A DNA stretch of 63,122 bases, counting the filler, from Babesia bigemina (Eukaryota), in NCBI RefSeq assembly GCF_000981445.1. It is 6 parts of 6 records of this genome, joined end to end, with 100 filler letters (N's around TTAATTAATTAA, not from the genome) between each part and the next. Parts side by side here need not be neighbours in the genome. Positions count along the whole stretch, not along the records: positions 40,308 to 51,639 come from NW_012237341.1; positions 51,740 to 56,812 come from NW_012237345.1; 4 more parts are not named here. One strand, 5' to 3'. A program made the translations under genes and the position numbers. A model generated the notes under the pieces. The model ran no database searches and was not told the origin of the DNA. It saw nothing but the letters and a program-made list of their open reading frames with translations. Positions 41,176 through 52,935 of the stretch are shown here, in pieces (the first letter of the stretch is position 1; each line of letters opens with the position of its first letter).

Positions 41176-44100
41176 ATGACATCTATTAACCATCCTAATA
41201 ACTTGTGCCTTGTCACCCTTCACTTCCCCTCTTCCACCTCTGCCACTGCCCTGACCATGTGCCGCCTAGGGAGCTTCACAAGAAATTTGGTAAAATTTAA
41301 AACTTCAAAAATACCTTAAATAACAACCCTACTAACATCCTTAATAATCTTTGCACTGGCCTCGAAACCTTCCTCGGCTTCTCCTCTGAGTCCAAAGGCT
41401 ACACTGGTGACGGTATTGTGTACTCTGACTTGGACAGGCTGTGTGACGGGGTGATGGGATTTTTGAGTGGTGTGCTTGGTGCGGTGAAAAACACTCAGAC
41501 ATACAATGTGGGTAAAAAAATATTACAAAACTTGGTAAGTAATGAAATTACAAAATATTTGTGTTCAGGTCACGATGGTTTCACTAAGCTTCTTCCCATC
41601 CTGACTCAGGGGATCGAGAGGTACAACAAGGAAGTGAGAGACTCGAATGAGAAAGTTAAGAGGCCGATTGAAGACTTGTTAAATCAGGTGGGTGATGCAT
41701 TTACGAACAAGGTAAATGATTTATTGTCAGGTCCAAATGATCACGAAAATGTCGACAAAGTCCAGGCGGCGGAGAAGCAGATTAAGAACATGTTTCGAGA
41801 CGAGATAAAAACATTCAATAACACGTTTAATAACGCATATAATTTCACTACTAAAATTGAAAAAACAGACATGAAAATTGCAATTCACTACTTAAATTCC
41901 TCGTTGCAGCTTAGAGTGAAACACGGCGTCAGTAACGTGGCCCATGAGATTAAGCGGCTAGAGCAGGTGGCGGATAAGGAGAGTAAGGCGCTTGAGGAGA
42001 CAAAAGAGAAAATAAGCGCTACACTTAGTACGTTGACGACAGGCGTAGATTGTAAAATTGATGAGCAGATTCAGGCGTTTGTTAGACGGGTCAAGGAGAA
42101 GGTTAACGTCATCTTGGAGGAGCTAAACGCAATTAATAAGCAGCTAACTAGCCACGTAAATGCGCTGTATGAATGGATTGAGAAGGCCGACAAAACGTTG
42201 GAAAAGACTTTGAAGAAAGTGGATGACATTATAAAGATGGTTGATAGGGAAGATCCTACTAAATACCCGAAACAAATAGGTATGGAGATCGAGCAGGTTG
42301 CAATACAGGTGAACATGCTGCTGAGTGCGGGTAACGAAACGATGGACAAGATTAGAGGTTTGGTGCCGGAGGCGCATAAACAATTAAAGCTCCTTGAAGA
42401 TGCAGTGATGTACGACTTGAATGGCGTGCAAGAGCGACTGCTAACAGAAATTGGTAATTACGTTAAGGGTTACGTTGGAAAAATTCAACAGGAGGTAAAG
42501 AAAATTACGGACCCATACACAGGACTGGAGGGTGTTAGGCAGCATATTGTATATGAGTATACAGAGGCCTATAAGAATTTCGATGGTGTGGTACAGCAGT
42601 GGATCGTAGAAATATTGGAACATAATGTATCTGTTAAAGACACGATTTCCGAGTATGTAAGAATTGGCAACGTCAGGGGTAAATTTAATGATGAATGTAT
42701 AGATACGGGGAAAAGAATCATCAAGCCGACAGCTTTTAAGCAAATTGCAGATGTGATTAAGCAAAAGATAAAAGAACTCGGAGTCGTAATGGAGAATGCC
42801 ACCGTTGATATGGCTCATAAAAACGATATTCAAGCGAACATCACAGCTGTACACGAATCTATCTTCACCTTTACCAAGTTGCTTGATCAGAAATTTGAAA
42901 CAAAAAAACCCACGTCCAGGACTAGAGAGAGTTTTGTCGCAGGCGTAGGCGCAGCGATCGAACATGCTGTAGTTGATGGAGATGTGAAAACGTTATCTCA
43001 AAGTCACATCACACCCGTCGTTACAGCCATTTTAGATGCGTTGTACACGAAATCCAACCAGGCTCTCACTGAACTTTCATCGTTAACCGGTGAGGATAAC
43101 GGCGACGATAACATAGGCAAGCACCTAGATGCTGCACAAGGTGTAGCTGGAGAAATATTTGCGCATCTCGGAACGGCAATTGAGAGTGGAAGCCTCTCAA
43201 CCTACAAATCCGGCAAAACGAAAGCTGGTATATCAGACTACTACGTTGACAAGGACATATCTGAGGAGCTGGAGAAAGAGTTGCCGCAAGCACTGGATGA
43301 GCGTGGAAGTGGTACAAATAAAGTTAAGTTAACGAAGTTCACGTCGTCCTTCACCAATGCAAGAAGAGATGGCGCGGACAACACCAAGAAAAAAGCACTC
43401 GTGGACAAAATCAACGAAATCCAAACTAAGATGGACGAAGCGCTTCAGCCAATCGGCAATTACAGCATCTATGCTGGAGACCATCTACGGGAGATTGGAA
43501 ATAAACTTAATCGTCTATGCGAGGAGATACGGCAGGCAGCGGGAGAGGATAACGCCGAAGGGGTAAGGAAGCGGTTGAAGGAGCTGAAGGAAAGGTATTT
43601 CCTGAAAGCTGATGATTACTCAACAAAAGCTAAAGAAAGCATTAGGAAAATTCACTGTGACATCAGCACTCTTCAAAGAAGCCTCGCGGACGGACCCATT
43701 AACAAGATCAGCGGTTTGGTTGCATTCCTCACAAAAGCCGAAACAGACGTCGCCAAAGCGCTCAAAGAAGAGGTACACGGGGACATCAAAAATGCCGAAG
43801 ACAAACTCACCACTTCTGCCCGCAAGCAGTATGTTTGCGCTATCAAAGAATTGTTCACATCGTTCGCTGAAAGGGTTAAGAAGGATTTCCAATCTCTGCC
43901 GAATTCTCTAGATCTTGATTTGAATGCGGGTCTCAAAGGGTTCATGGGCAGAATGGCAACTACATTCATTCCTAACGTTAAACCAATTGATGCTCTGCCC
44001 AACTCTGACTCTGTGTTAGCTACTCAGCGAGAATCTGCCCTCAGTCAAGGCGCCGCAATACTGAATACAGCAGTTAACCTGTTTGTGCGTGCTCTGAGAG

Positions 44101-46556
44101 AACAAAAAGAATTCATGCCTGACTTAAAACTAATCAAACCCGTGCACGACGCCTTGGACAACTTGCTTAGTGGCCTTGTAACTTCGCAGTGCTACGACCA
44201 TACATTTAGCGATAATTTGAACGCGTTTAGACATGCTTTCGAAGGATTCAACCCATCCAAATTCGGTGAGCCTACGACTGTGCTCACTCAGGCACTCAAA
44301 GAGGGACTCAATGGGCTGACCAAAGAGCTAGGTAAAGCCTATGTGAATCGGTACTCCGGACTGACGTACGATGAGTCCGACGCAGCCAAATATGGCAAAG
44401 CGTTCCTGACGCTCCTTTGTATCGTACACGAGGATCTCGATACATTTAGTAGGCAGTGTAAGAGCAACGGCGCTTGGTATGACAAGCAATGCTGTGCGAA
44501 TGAGAATCGCCAAGGCAATCCATTTGGGCAGTTCATGGAGCGGTGTGGATTTGACGTTGCAAGCAGTGAGACTTCGAAGGACGGTGAATTAAAGCATCCG
44601 TCTGTCAACTTTACGGGTAAACACATCTACAAGAAACTACTTGAGAAGCAATTCACAGACGCGGAGCGGATTAAACATCTCCAAAGTTGTGAGTCAAATG
44701 AACACAAGAAACGTAATAACTTCGATCTGCTTGATATTACTCAGTGCCTGTTTCACCATGCAGAGAAGTACAACGAGCTGTGTCACATACCCACTGCGTC
44801 ATCAACCAAGGTGCCAAGCAGCATATACGATATGCTCATATGGTTTTGTAGTCTACCCTACAGTGCCGTCTATCCAACGCTGTTACGTGACACTATAAGC
44901 GACCTTGTTACTGACAAATCTAAGCAAAAGCCACAGGCGCACGACGGGCTGGAGTTCACATTCATCGATCCGGCGTCGCAATCCCTAGCAGCCTACCCAG
45001 ACAACATACCGTACAGTGAAGTTGTCTCCGCACTCGCACATCTTTGTTCCAAATCCCACGACATTCTCACCTGCATCGTCGGCTACGGCGACGCATACAC
45101 CACCTACGGCAGCGACTATTGCAATAATTCATTTGGATTTAAGTATCCCTCCTCAGGGGAGGATTGTTTGCAGATGATTACTGATCTCCTTCGTCGGCTT
45201 CTCCATTGTCTTCGGTATCTGCATAAACAGTGCGGCGTAACGGCCAAGCTCAACGGTTGGTCCGACTGCATATTCGGCAAGAACGTTAAGTCTGCCAAAT
45301 GGGAGTGCAAAGATCACTCAACTGACGAACCTAATTGCCAAGCAAACGACAAGGTAACGTGCCAACCAACTTGCCAAGCAAAATCGCCCCTTCAGTCCTA
45401 CCTAACTGATTGCTTATATGGTCACTTGCCTCATCAACTCACCAGTGTTGGATGTAAATCAACGTGTAAGTCATGTCCTGGTGGCTCTCCCGGGATGCCG
45501 TGTTTAACGCCTCTCGGGTTTAGGGCCTTTTCCGGCTCCACTCGCAAGGGTACGGACCTATGCGAGGTGCTCGATGCATTCTTCTCTAACGATTATCTGT
45601 CATCGCTGTTCACGCTAGCTCCGCGCCCGCCGGCAACGCTACCGGAGCATATCGGATTTGCGTTGTCACTTGCAGCGGCGCTTAATGATCGGAAGCCAGT
45701 CACGAAGCCCGCTCAAGAATCGTTCAGCGATGCATTCGAGAAGTCCATCAAGGAAGCCACCATCAGCCTTCATGATAATCCCTCAAATTATACTGCCGCC
45801 GTTAAGAATGCCTATAAAAACACACAAAGTCACGACGGTCATAGCCATCCCCCAGCGACGGAGGCGGACGTATACACGCTTATGTTCCCATCAACTTGTT
45901 TGCGTTCAAGCGACGACACGCTGTACTGCGCTCCATACCTGTATACCCTAGGCACGGATACGCATTATTATCTCGCCTACCAACATTCAAATCTCTATCT
46001 GTCATGGACGGTGTATCTGCCCTGGACATTTTATTCATACCTTAGAAGTCTACTTGAGGCCTTCAAAAATGTTTCCTGCCAGGAATGGGAGTGCAGCAGA
46101 TGTATGCATCGCGGAAAATGCAAGAAGGGCCAGCATGGTGTCGACTACAATTGCCAGTGCAGAGGTATAATAGAGTGCCGTGGCGTAAGTAGCGCATTCC
46201 ATAAATACGGATTCACATTCGGCGACCCTGCAATTCTGTCTGAGGTGGAAGGGAAACGATATTGCCACAACTTCTACAACCAACTCGTTAACGTCTTAAA
46301 ATCGAATTGCTTTGCTAAGTTATTTGATAAATGCGACGAATTCCTGTGGATCATCCGACAACCGTTCACCTATCTCGTCCTCGCGCTCTGGTCACTATCC
46401 CTCTTGTACCTCATCTGCGTAATGGTTGGCAGACTGGATGTGCTTCACATACGCTCACACCTGAGATCACCATCATCGCACAAGATAACGGCGCAATCAT
46501 TGTTGGCGGCAGCGCAAGTCGGAAGGCTTGCCAAGATATCGTATCTACAACCGTAA
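41176..46556 (+). pseudogene. ves1: VESA1-like gene 7; leader region disrupted (1-nt deletion ~41239, TAA at 41298), long frame 41418-46556 open
   Basis: Compared with gene 5, ACCTCCTGCC is ACCTCTGCC and CAA is TAA. The body and tail ...AAQVGRLAKISYLQP are intact; it could start at ATG 41454 (MGFLSGVLGAVK). Confidence 0.75.
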
Positions 46557-47293
46557 TTGTATTCACGTTTGTAATTCACACAACTCACCTAGCATATCAC
46601 CTACTCACCTAACTGACAAACGTAGTCTAATGTCTGTAATTACTCTACCGGCAACCTGTGAACTAAATAGCAGCTAGATTAGGTGATGAGTGAACGACCA
46701 AGCAACGTGTTGACCTAGCACCCAGGCAAAGTGTTAACCTAGCACCCAGGCAACGTGATAAGCAAGCACCCAGGCAAAGTGCTAAGGTAGCAACCAGGCA
46801 AAGTGCTAAGCTAGCAACCAGTCAAAGTGGTAAGCTAGCACCCAGGCTAAGTGTTAACCTAAGAACCAGGCAAAGTGCTAACCTAGCACCCAGGCAAAGT
46901 GTTGACCTAGTACCCAGGCAAAGTGCTAAGCGGGCAACCAGGCAAAGTGCTAAGCTAGCACTCAGGCAAAGTGCTAAGCTAGCAGCCAGGCAACGTGTTA
47001 ACCTAGCAGTCAGGCAAAGTGGTAAGCTAGCAACTAGGCAAAGTGCTAAGCTAGCGCGCAGGCAAAGTGCTAACCTAGCAACCAGGCAAGGTGGTAAGCT
47101 GGCACCCAGGCAACGTGCTAAGCTAGCACCCAGGCAAAGTGCTGAGCAAGCACACAGGCAAAGTGGTAAGCTGGCAACCAGGCTAAGTGGTAAGCTAGCA
47201 ACCAGGCAAAGTGGTAAGCTAGCAACCAGGCAAAGTGGTAAGCTAGCAACCAGGCAACGTGCTAAGCTGGCACACAGGCAAAGTGCTGAGCTG
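46557..47293 (+). repeat. Type-1 3' element (46557-46700) followed by array D (~46703-47293)
   Basis: Direct match to the other copies. Confidence 0.93.
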
Positions 47294-48058
47294 GCGGATG
47301 AACCGTAATTTGGTGGGTGTTGTAGCACGTTGATTGCCCGGTGCTTTGAGTTGTGCGTTGACTGTGAGAGGCGTCCGCGTTGCCCATTGAGTCAGTGTCA
47401 CGTGAGGCTGGGTGATTGGTCGCTAACGTAGGCGGCCGTGAGGGCCGCGGCGGGTGACCTAAGTCGTGTGTTGCGAGTCACTGGCAGGGTGGCGTAATCC
47501 GCGGTGGCCCGTTTAAGTCGCATTTATAGGCGGCGATGTAGCGATTGTTAGTATCACATTTAGGCACGTAGCCGACACGCTCCGCCAGCATGGCGTCTAT
47601 ACCGCGGCTCGTAGCACGGTGCTGCTGCACTGTGGGAGTGGAGCGCACGGGGATCGCTGCAATTTTAATGGCGTCGCGAATAGTAAATCATTTAGTGACA
47701 GTTGGTGCTGATGACATGCGTTGCGTCAGGCGCAGCCGTGGTATCCCGGGCAGCGTGGGTGTCGGCGGCCTGGGCTGGGGGGACACAGGGGTGAGGGTGA
47801 GGGTTGTAGTTGGTGAGTGCTTGCTAAGATACGTGTTGCAGTTGGTGAGTGCGTTGCTAGGTGATTGACATGTTTGCAGGTTGAGGGGACTGGGAGCGGC
47901 AGTGGTAGTGTTGCAGTTGGTGAGTGCTGCTTGAGTGATTGACATGTTCGCAGGTTGAGTGACTGGGAGGGGCAGTGGTACGTGTTGCGGTTGGTGAGTG
48001 CGTTGCTTGAGTGATTGATACGTTTGCAGGTTGAGGGGAGTGGGAAGGAGAGGGGAAG
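47294..48058 (+). repeat. Element E (47294-47800) plus three intron-like repeat units
   Basis: GT..AG segments at 47845-47879, 47920-47953 and 47994-48029. Confidence 0.85.
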
Positions 48059-48526
48059 ATGTCTAAAGGGACGTATGGAGGTCTACCTTGTAACGATTGT
48101 AATAATGGGTGTATATTGCTCGTGAAGTGTAATTGCTGTTATTGGTGTTGTGAAAAATGTCAGGGTTACAAATGCTCATACTGTAAAAACTTCTATCTTA
48201 TGCGCGACAAAGGCCCGTCACAGCAGGAACGTCATCCGTCAGATTGTGGGCAACAATGTAGTACGTGTAAGAAGCCCAATTGCCAATGTCCATGTCGTCT
48301 AAAGAAACGCTCTGCCTCCGCTTCATCGCAATCCGACTCCAACCATGTACAGTATGTCATCGCCGACGAGGGTTATACCTCTGCGCAAACTTACACAAAG
48401 GACACCTCCACGTCCCTCATTCCTATCATCATCGTCCCCGTCGCCCTCATCATCCTCGTCATCTGCGTCATGATCTACTTCCGCATTTGGCCGTTCCACA
48501 GGGTGCGCTATCTACTGCGCAGCTGA
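48059..48526 (+). CDS. Small Cys-rich protein with C-terminal TM helix (155 aa)
   Basis: CNCCYWCCEKCQ motif, hydrophobic LIPIIIVPVALIILVICVMIYF, and the same upstream and downstream elements as 38746-39294. Confidence 0.8.
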   Translation: MSKGTYGGLPCNDCNNGCILLVKCNCCYWCCEKCQGYKCSYCKNFYLMRDKGPSQQERHPSDCGQQCSTCKKPNCQCPCRLKKRSASASSQSDSNHVQYVIADEGYTSAQTYTKDTSTSLIPIIIVPVALIILVICVMIYFRIWPFHRVRYLLRS

Positions 48527-49022
48527 TCACAATAACCTAACTGGCAACTGACATCTAATGTTGTAGACAGTAACGATTGCGTTGATGGCAAATTACATGA
48601 GCAGTAAGGTGACCATATCCCCGTCCCTTACATCATCGTCCCCGTCGCCCTCATCATCGTCGTCATCTGCGTCATGATCTACTTCCGCATCCGGCCGTTC
48701 CACAGGGTGCGGTATCTACTGCGCAGCTAATCGCAACAACCTAACAGGCAACTGACATCTAATGTTCTAGACAGTAATGATTGCGTTGATGAGCAAGCAC
48801 ATGAGCAGTGAGGTGACCATGATCCCCGCCCCTTACATCATCGTCCCCGTCGCCGTCATCATCGTCGTCATCTGCGTCATGAGCTACTTCCGCATCAGGC
48901 CGTTCCACAGGGTGCGGTATCTACTGCGCAGCTGATCGCAATAACCAACTGGCAACTGACATCTAATGTTATAGACAGTAAGGATTGCATTGATGAACAA
49001 TTACACGAGCAGTGAGGTGACT
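48426..49022 (+). repeat. Three tandem ~205-bp units comprising the TM/tail-coding end and 3' flank of the Cys-rich gene
   Basis: CATCATCGTCCCCGTCGCC recurs at ~48427, 48631 and 48836. Confidence 0.9.
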
Positions 49023-49035
49023 ACTTCCCCTCCTC

Positions 49036-49186
49036 CCTACTCCTCCACATCATGGTCATCCGCCTCGACCTGCTCCACATCAAATCTCACTTACATAGTC
49101 CCTCGAGTCATCGCATCGCTGCTCAATCACTACTCGCTGCTGCACGTGTTAACAAGCTTAACAGAGTGTTTTATCTGCAGCCGTAA
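49036..49186 (+). pseudogene. ves1: Orphan ves 3' tail remnant
   Basis: Translates to LHIMVIRLDLLHIKSHLHSPSSHRIAAQSLLAAARVNKLNRVFYLQP*, with no ves body upstream. Confidence 0.88.
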
Positions 49187-49309
49187 TCGCACTCTCGTGT
49201 TTACTATCTACGCTCACCTAGCATATCACCTACTCACCTATACAACTAATTGTTGTCTAATGTTTTGAATCAGGCATTAATCGTTGTATGTGATTGTGTC
49301 ATACAAAGC

Positions 49310-49742
49310 TAATGTGTTGACTAACGTGCAGCCCAACGTGTTGACCAAGGTGCTGACCAACGTGGTGACCAATGTGCTGACCAATGCCATGACCAGAGTG
49401 GTGACCAATGTGCTGACCAATGCCATGACCAAGGTGGTGACCAAGGTGGTGACCAAAGTGCTGACCAAAGTGTTGACCAATGCCATGAACAAATTGGTGA
49501 CCAACGTGCTGACCAAAGTGGTGATCAATGCCATGACCAGAGTGCTGACCAAGGTGCTGACAAATGTGCTGACCAATGTGCTGACCAAGGTGCTGACCAA
49601 AGTGGTGACCAAGTTGATGGTCACGGCAGCGATGACTGGTCACGGCAGCGATGACTGGTCACGGCAGCGATGACATGGTAACGGCAGCGATGACATGGCT
49701 ACGGCAGCGATGACATGGGCACGGCAGCGATGACATGGTGAC
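49310..49742 (+). repeat. Array C (~49310-49615) followed by array B (~49618-49742)
   Basis: Direct periodicity. Confidence 0.92.
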
Positions 49743-49759
49743 CAAAGTGGTGATTATTA

Positions 49760-50987
49760 TCCACCTTACATCGCCCCTTTATCCACTCTACATCGCTCCT
49801 TTATCCACTCTACATCGCCCCTTAACCCACTCTACATCGCTCCCTAACCCACTCTACATCGCTCCCTAATCCACACTACATCGCTCCTTTATCCACTCTA
49901 CATCGCCCCTTTATCCACTCTACATCGCCCCTTTACCCACTCTACATCGCCCTTTTATCCACTCCACATCGCTCCCTAACCCACTCTACATCGCTCCTTA
50001 ACCCACTCCACATCGCTCCTCTAACCCACTCTACATCGCTCCCTTATCCACTCTACATCGCCCCTTAACCCACTCCACATCGCTCCCTAACCCACTCTAC
50101 ATCGCCCCTTTATCCACTCCACATCGCCCCTTAACCCACTCCACATCGCTCCTTAACCCACTCTACATCGCCCCTTTACCCACTCTACATCGCTCCCTAA
50201 CCCACTCCACATCGCCCATTTATCCACTCTACATCGCCCCTTTACCCACTCTACATCGCCCCTTAACCCACTCCACATCGCTCCCTAACCCACTCTACAT
50301 CGCTCCCTAACCCACTCTACATCGCTCCTCTACCCACTCTACATCGCTCCCTAATCCACTCTACATCGCCCCTTCATCCACTCTACATCGCTACCTAACC
50401 CACTCTACATCGCTCCCTAACCCACTCTACATCGCCCCTTTACCCACTCTACATCGCCCCTTAACCCACTCCACATCGCTCCCTAACCCACTCTACATCG
50501 CTCCCTAACCCACTCTACATCGCTACCTAACCCACTCTACATCGCTACCTAACCCACTCTACATCGCTCCTTTACCCACTCTACATCGCCCCTAACCCAC
50601 TCTACATCGCTCCCTAACCCACCCTCCATCGCCCCTTTATCCACTCCACATCGCCCCTTAACCCACTCCACATCGCCCCTTTACCCACTCTACATCGCCC
50701 CTTTATCCACTCTACACCGCTCCTCTATCCACTCCACATCGCCCCTTTATCCACTTCACATCGCCCCTTTATCCACTCTACATCGCTCCCTAATCCACTC
50801 TACATCGCTCCCTAACCCACTCTACATCGCCCCTAACCCACCCTACATCGCCCCTTTACCCACTCTACATCGCCCCTTTACCCACTCAACATCGCTCCTT
50901 TATCCACTCCACATCGCTCCCTAACCCACTCCACATCGCTCCCTTAAACCACTATACATCGCTCCCTAATCCACTCCACATCGCCCC
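49760..50987 (+). repeat. Array A (22 bp), about 55 units
   Basis: Direct periodicity; ends abruptly at the bacterial sequence. Confidence 0.97.
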
Positions 50988-50988
50988 T

Positions 50989-51063
50989 CCAATCTACGCC
51001 TTTGAAGCCTTCCCAAGCTTTGTCAAAAATATCTTGTGCTTCAACAACTGTCTTAACAACCAT
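50989..51063 (-). CDS. pflB: First 25 codons of streptococcal pyruvate formate-lyase (foreign fragment)
   Basis: Translates to MVVKTVVEAQDIFDKAWEGFKGVDW with an AAAGAGG ribosome-binding site upstream. Recognised from memory as the S. pneumoniae-type Pfl N-terminus, divergent from dinB. Confidence 0.85.
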
Positions 51064-51280
51064 ATTAATGTCCTCTTTTTTCTAGTAACAGTCATCTGTT
51101 ACATTCATAAGACAAGTATACCATATAGTAACCGATTTCAACAAGTGAAAATTCCCTATTTTTACACTTTCTTTTCTAAAACAGTCTATATTTTATTTCA
51201 AACTGTATTATATTTTTGAAAAAATAAAGTCCTTTTTTCTTTTTTTCAGAAAAAAGGGTATAATAAAAGAAAATAAGCAG

Positions 51281-51397
51281 TAACACTCAATGGAAATCGA
51301 AAAGCAAACTAGGAAGCTAGCCGCAGATTGCTCAAAACACTGTTTTGAGGTTGCAGATAGAGCTGACGTGGTTTGAAGAGATTTTCGAAGAGTATAA
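51281..51397 (-). mobile_element. Pneumococcal BOX repeat element (short boxA/boxB/boxC form)
   Basis: The reverse strand reads TTATACTCTTCGAAAATCTCTTCAAACCACGTCAGC...CAACCTCAAAACAGTGTTTTGAGCAA...GCGGCTAGCTTCCTAGTTTGC...CATTGAGTG, matching the BOX subunits as I recall them. Confidence 0.88.
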
Positions 51398-51410
51398 AAA
51401 GGTGCTAGGC

Positions 51411-51639
51411 ATGTTGATTTTTCCTTTGTTAAATGATTTGTCAAGAAAAATCATCCATATTGACATGGATGCCTTTTTTGCTGCAGTGGAAATCAGGGAT
51501 AATCCTAAACTCAGAGGAAAACCTGTCATTATTGGAAGCGACCCTCGGCAAACAGGTGGACGGGGAGTCGTTTCTACCTGTAGTTATGAGGCAAGAGCTT
51601 TTGGTGTCCATTCTGCCATGAGTTCCAAGGAAGCTTATG
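51411..51639 (+). CDS. dinB: 5' part of DNA polymerase IV (Y-family), streptococcal, truncated by the gap
   Basis: [39 protein letters not shown]...[20 protein letters not shown] carries the hallmark DinB motifs. Confidence 0.95.
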
Positions 51640-51739
51640 NNNNNNNNNNNNNNNNNNNNNNNNNNNNNNNNNNNNNNNNNNNNTTAATTAATTAANNNNN
51701 NNNNNNNNNNNNNNNNNNNNNNNNNNNNNNNNNNNNNNN
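51640..51739. other. Artificial contig linker
   Basis: N44-TTAATTAATTAA-N44. Confidence 0.98.
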
Positions 51740-52675
51740 ACGCACTCACCAACTGCAACACTACCACTGCCGCTCCCAGTACCCTCAGCCTGCAAACATA
51801 TCAATCACCTAACCAGCACTCACCAACTGCAACACGTACCACTGCCGCTCCCAGTCCCCTCAACCTGCAGACATATCAATCACCTAGCAACGCACTCACC
51901 AACTGCAACACTACCACCGCCGCTTCCAGTCCACTCAACCTGCGAACATATCAATCACTAAGCAACGCACTCACCAACTGCAACACTACCACTGCCGCGC
52001 CCACTCCCCTCAACCTGCAGAGATATCAATCACCTAAGCAGCACTCACCAACTGCAACACGTACCACTGCCCCTCCCAGTCCCCTCAACCTGCAGAGATA
52101 TCAATCACCTAAGCAGCACTCACCAACTGCAACACGTACCACTGCCGCGCCCAGTCCCCTCATCAACACATACCCTCACCCCTGTATCCACCCAGCCCAG
52201 GCCACCGACACCCACGCTGCCCGGGATACCACGGCTGCCCTGACGCGACGCATGTTATCGGCACCAACTGTCACTCTAAATTACTCACTATTCGCAACGC
52301 CATTAAAATTGCAGCGAACCCCGTGCGCTCAACTCCCACAGTGCAGCAGCACCGTGCTACGAGCCGCGGTATCGGCGCCATACTGGCGGAGCGTGTCGGC
52401 TACGTGCCTAAATGTGATATTAACAATCGCTACATCGCTGCCAATATATGCTACTTAACCGGGCCAACTCCGATTACGCCACCGTGCCAGTGACTCGCGA
52501 CACACGACTTGGGGCACCAGCCGCGGCCTTCACGACCGCCTACGTCAGCGACCAATCACCCAGCCTCACGTGACACTCACTCAATGGGCAACGCGGACGC
52601 CTCTCACAGGCAACGCGTAACTCAACGCAACAACCAACCGAAGTCCCAACGCACCTACCAAATTACGGTTCATGT
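51740..52675 (-). repeat. Intron-like ~74-bp repeats (51740-52165, at least five complete units) and element E (52166-52675)
   Basis: Reverse complement of the 37835-38745 block. The expected downstream Cys-rich gene would lie beyond the contig end. Confidence 0.88.
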
Positions 52676-52935
52676 GCCAGCTTAGCACTTTGCCTGGTTG
52701 CTAGGTCAACACTTTGCCTGGTTGCTAGCTTAGCACTTTGCCTGGTTGCTAGCTTAGTACTTTGCCTGGTTGCTAGGTTAACACTTAGCTTGGTCGTTCA
52801 GTCATCACCTAATCTAGGTGCTATTTAGTTCACAGGTTGCCGCTAGAGTAATTCGAGACATTAGACTACGTTTGTCGGTTAGGTGAGTAGGTGAGTAGTT
52901 ACGTGAGTTGATGTGAGTTACAAACGTGAATACAA
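52676..52935 (-). repeat. Short array D (52676-52790) and type-1 3' element (52791-52935)
   Basis: Direct match to the other copies. Confidence 0.9.

Noticed and set aside
51345..51695. dinB as a horizontally acquired mutator for ves diversification; the ORF extension upstream of 51411 and into the N run
   Set aside because: The bacterial intergenic region, BOX element and pflB start are intact, the fragment sits at a contig end, and no amelioration is evident. The upstream extension is BOX sequence and the downstream part is linker.
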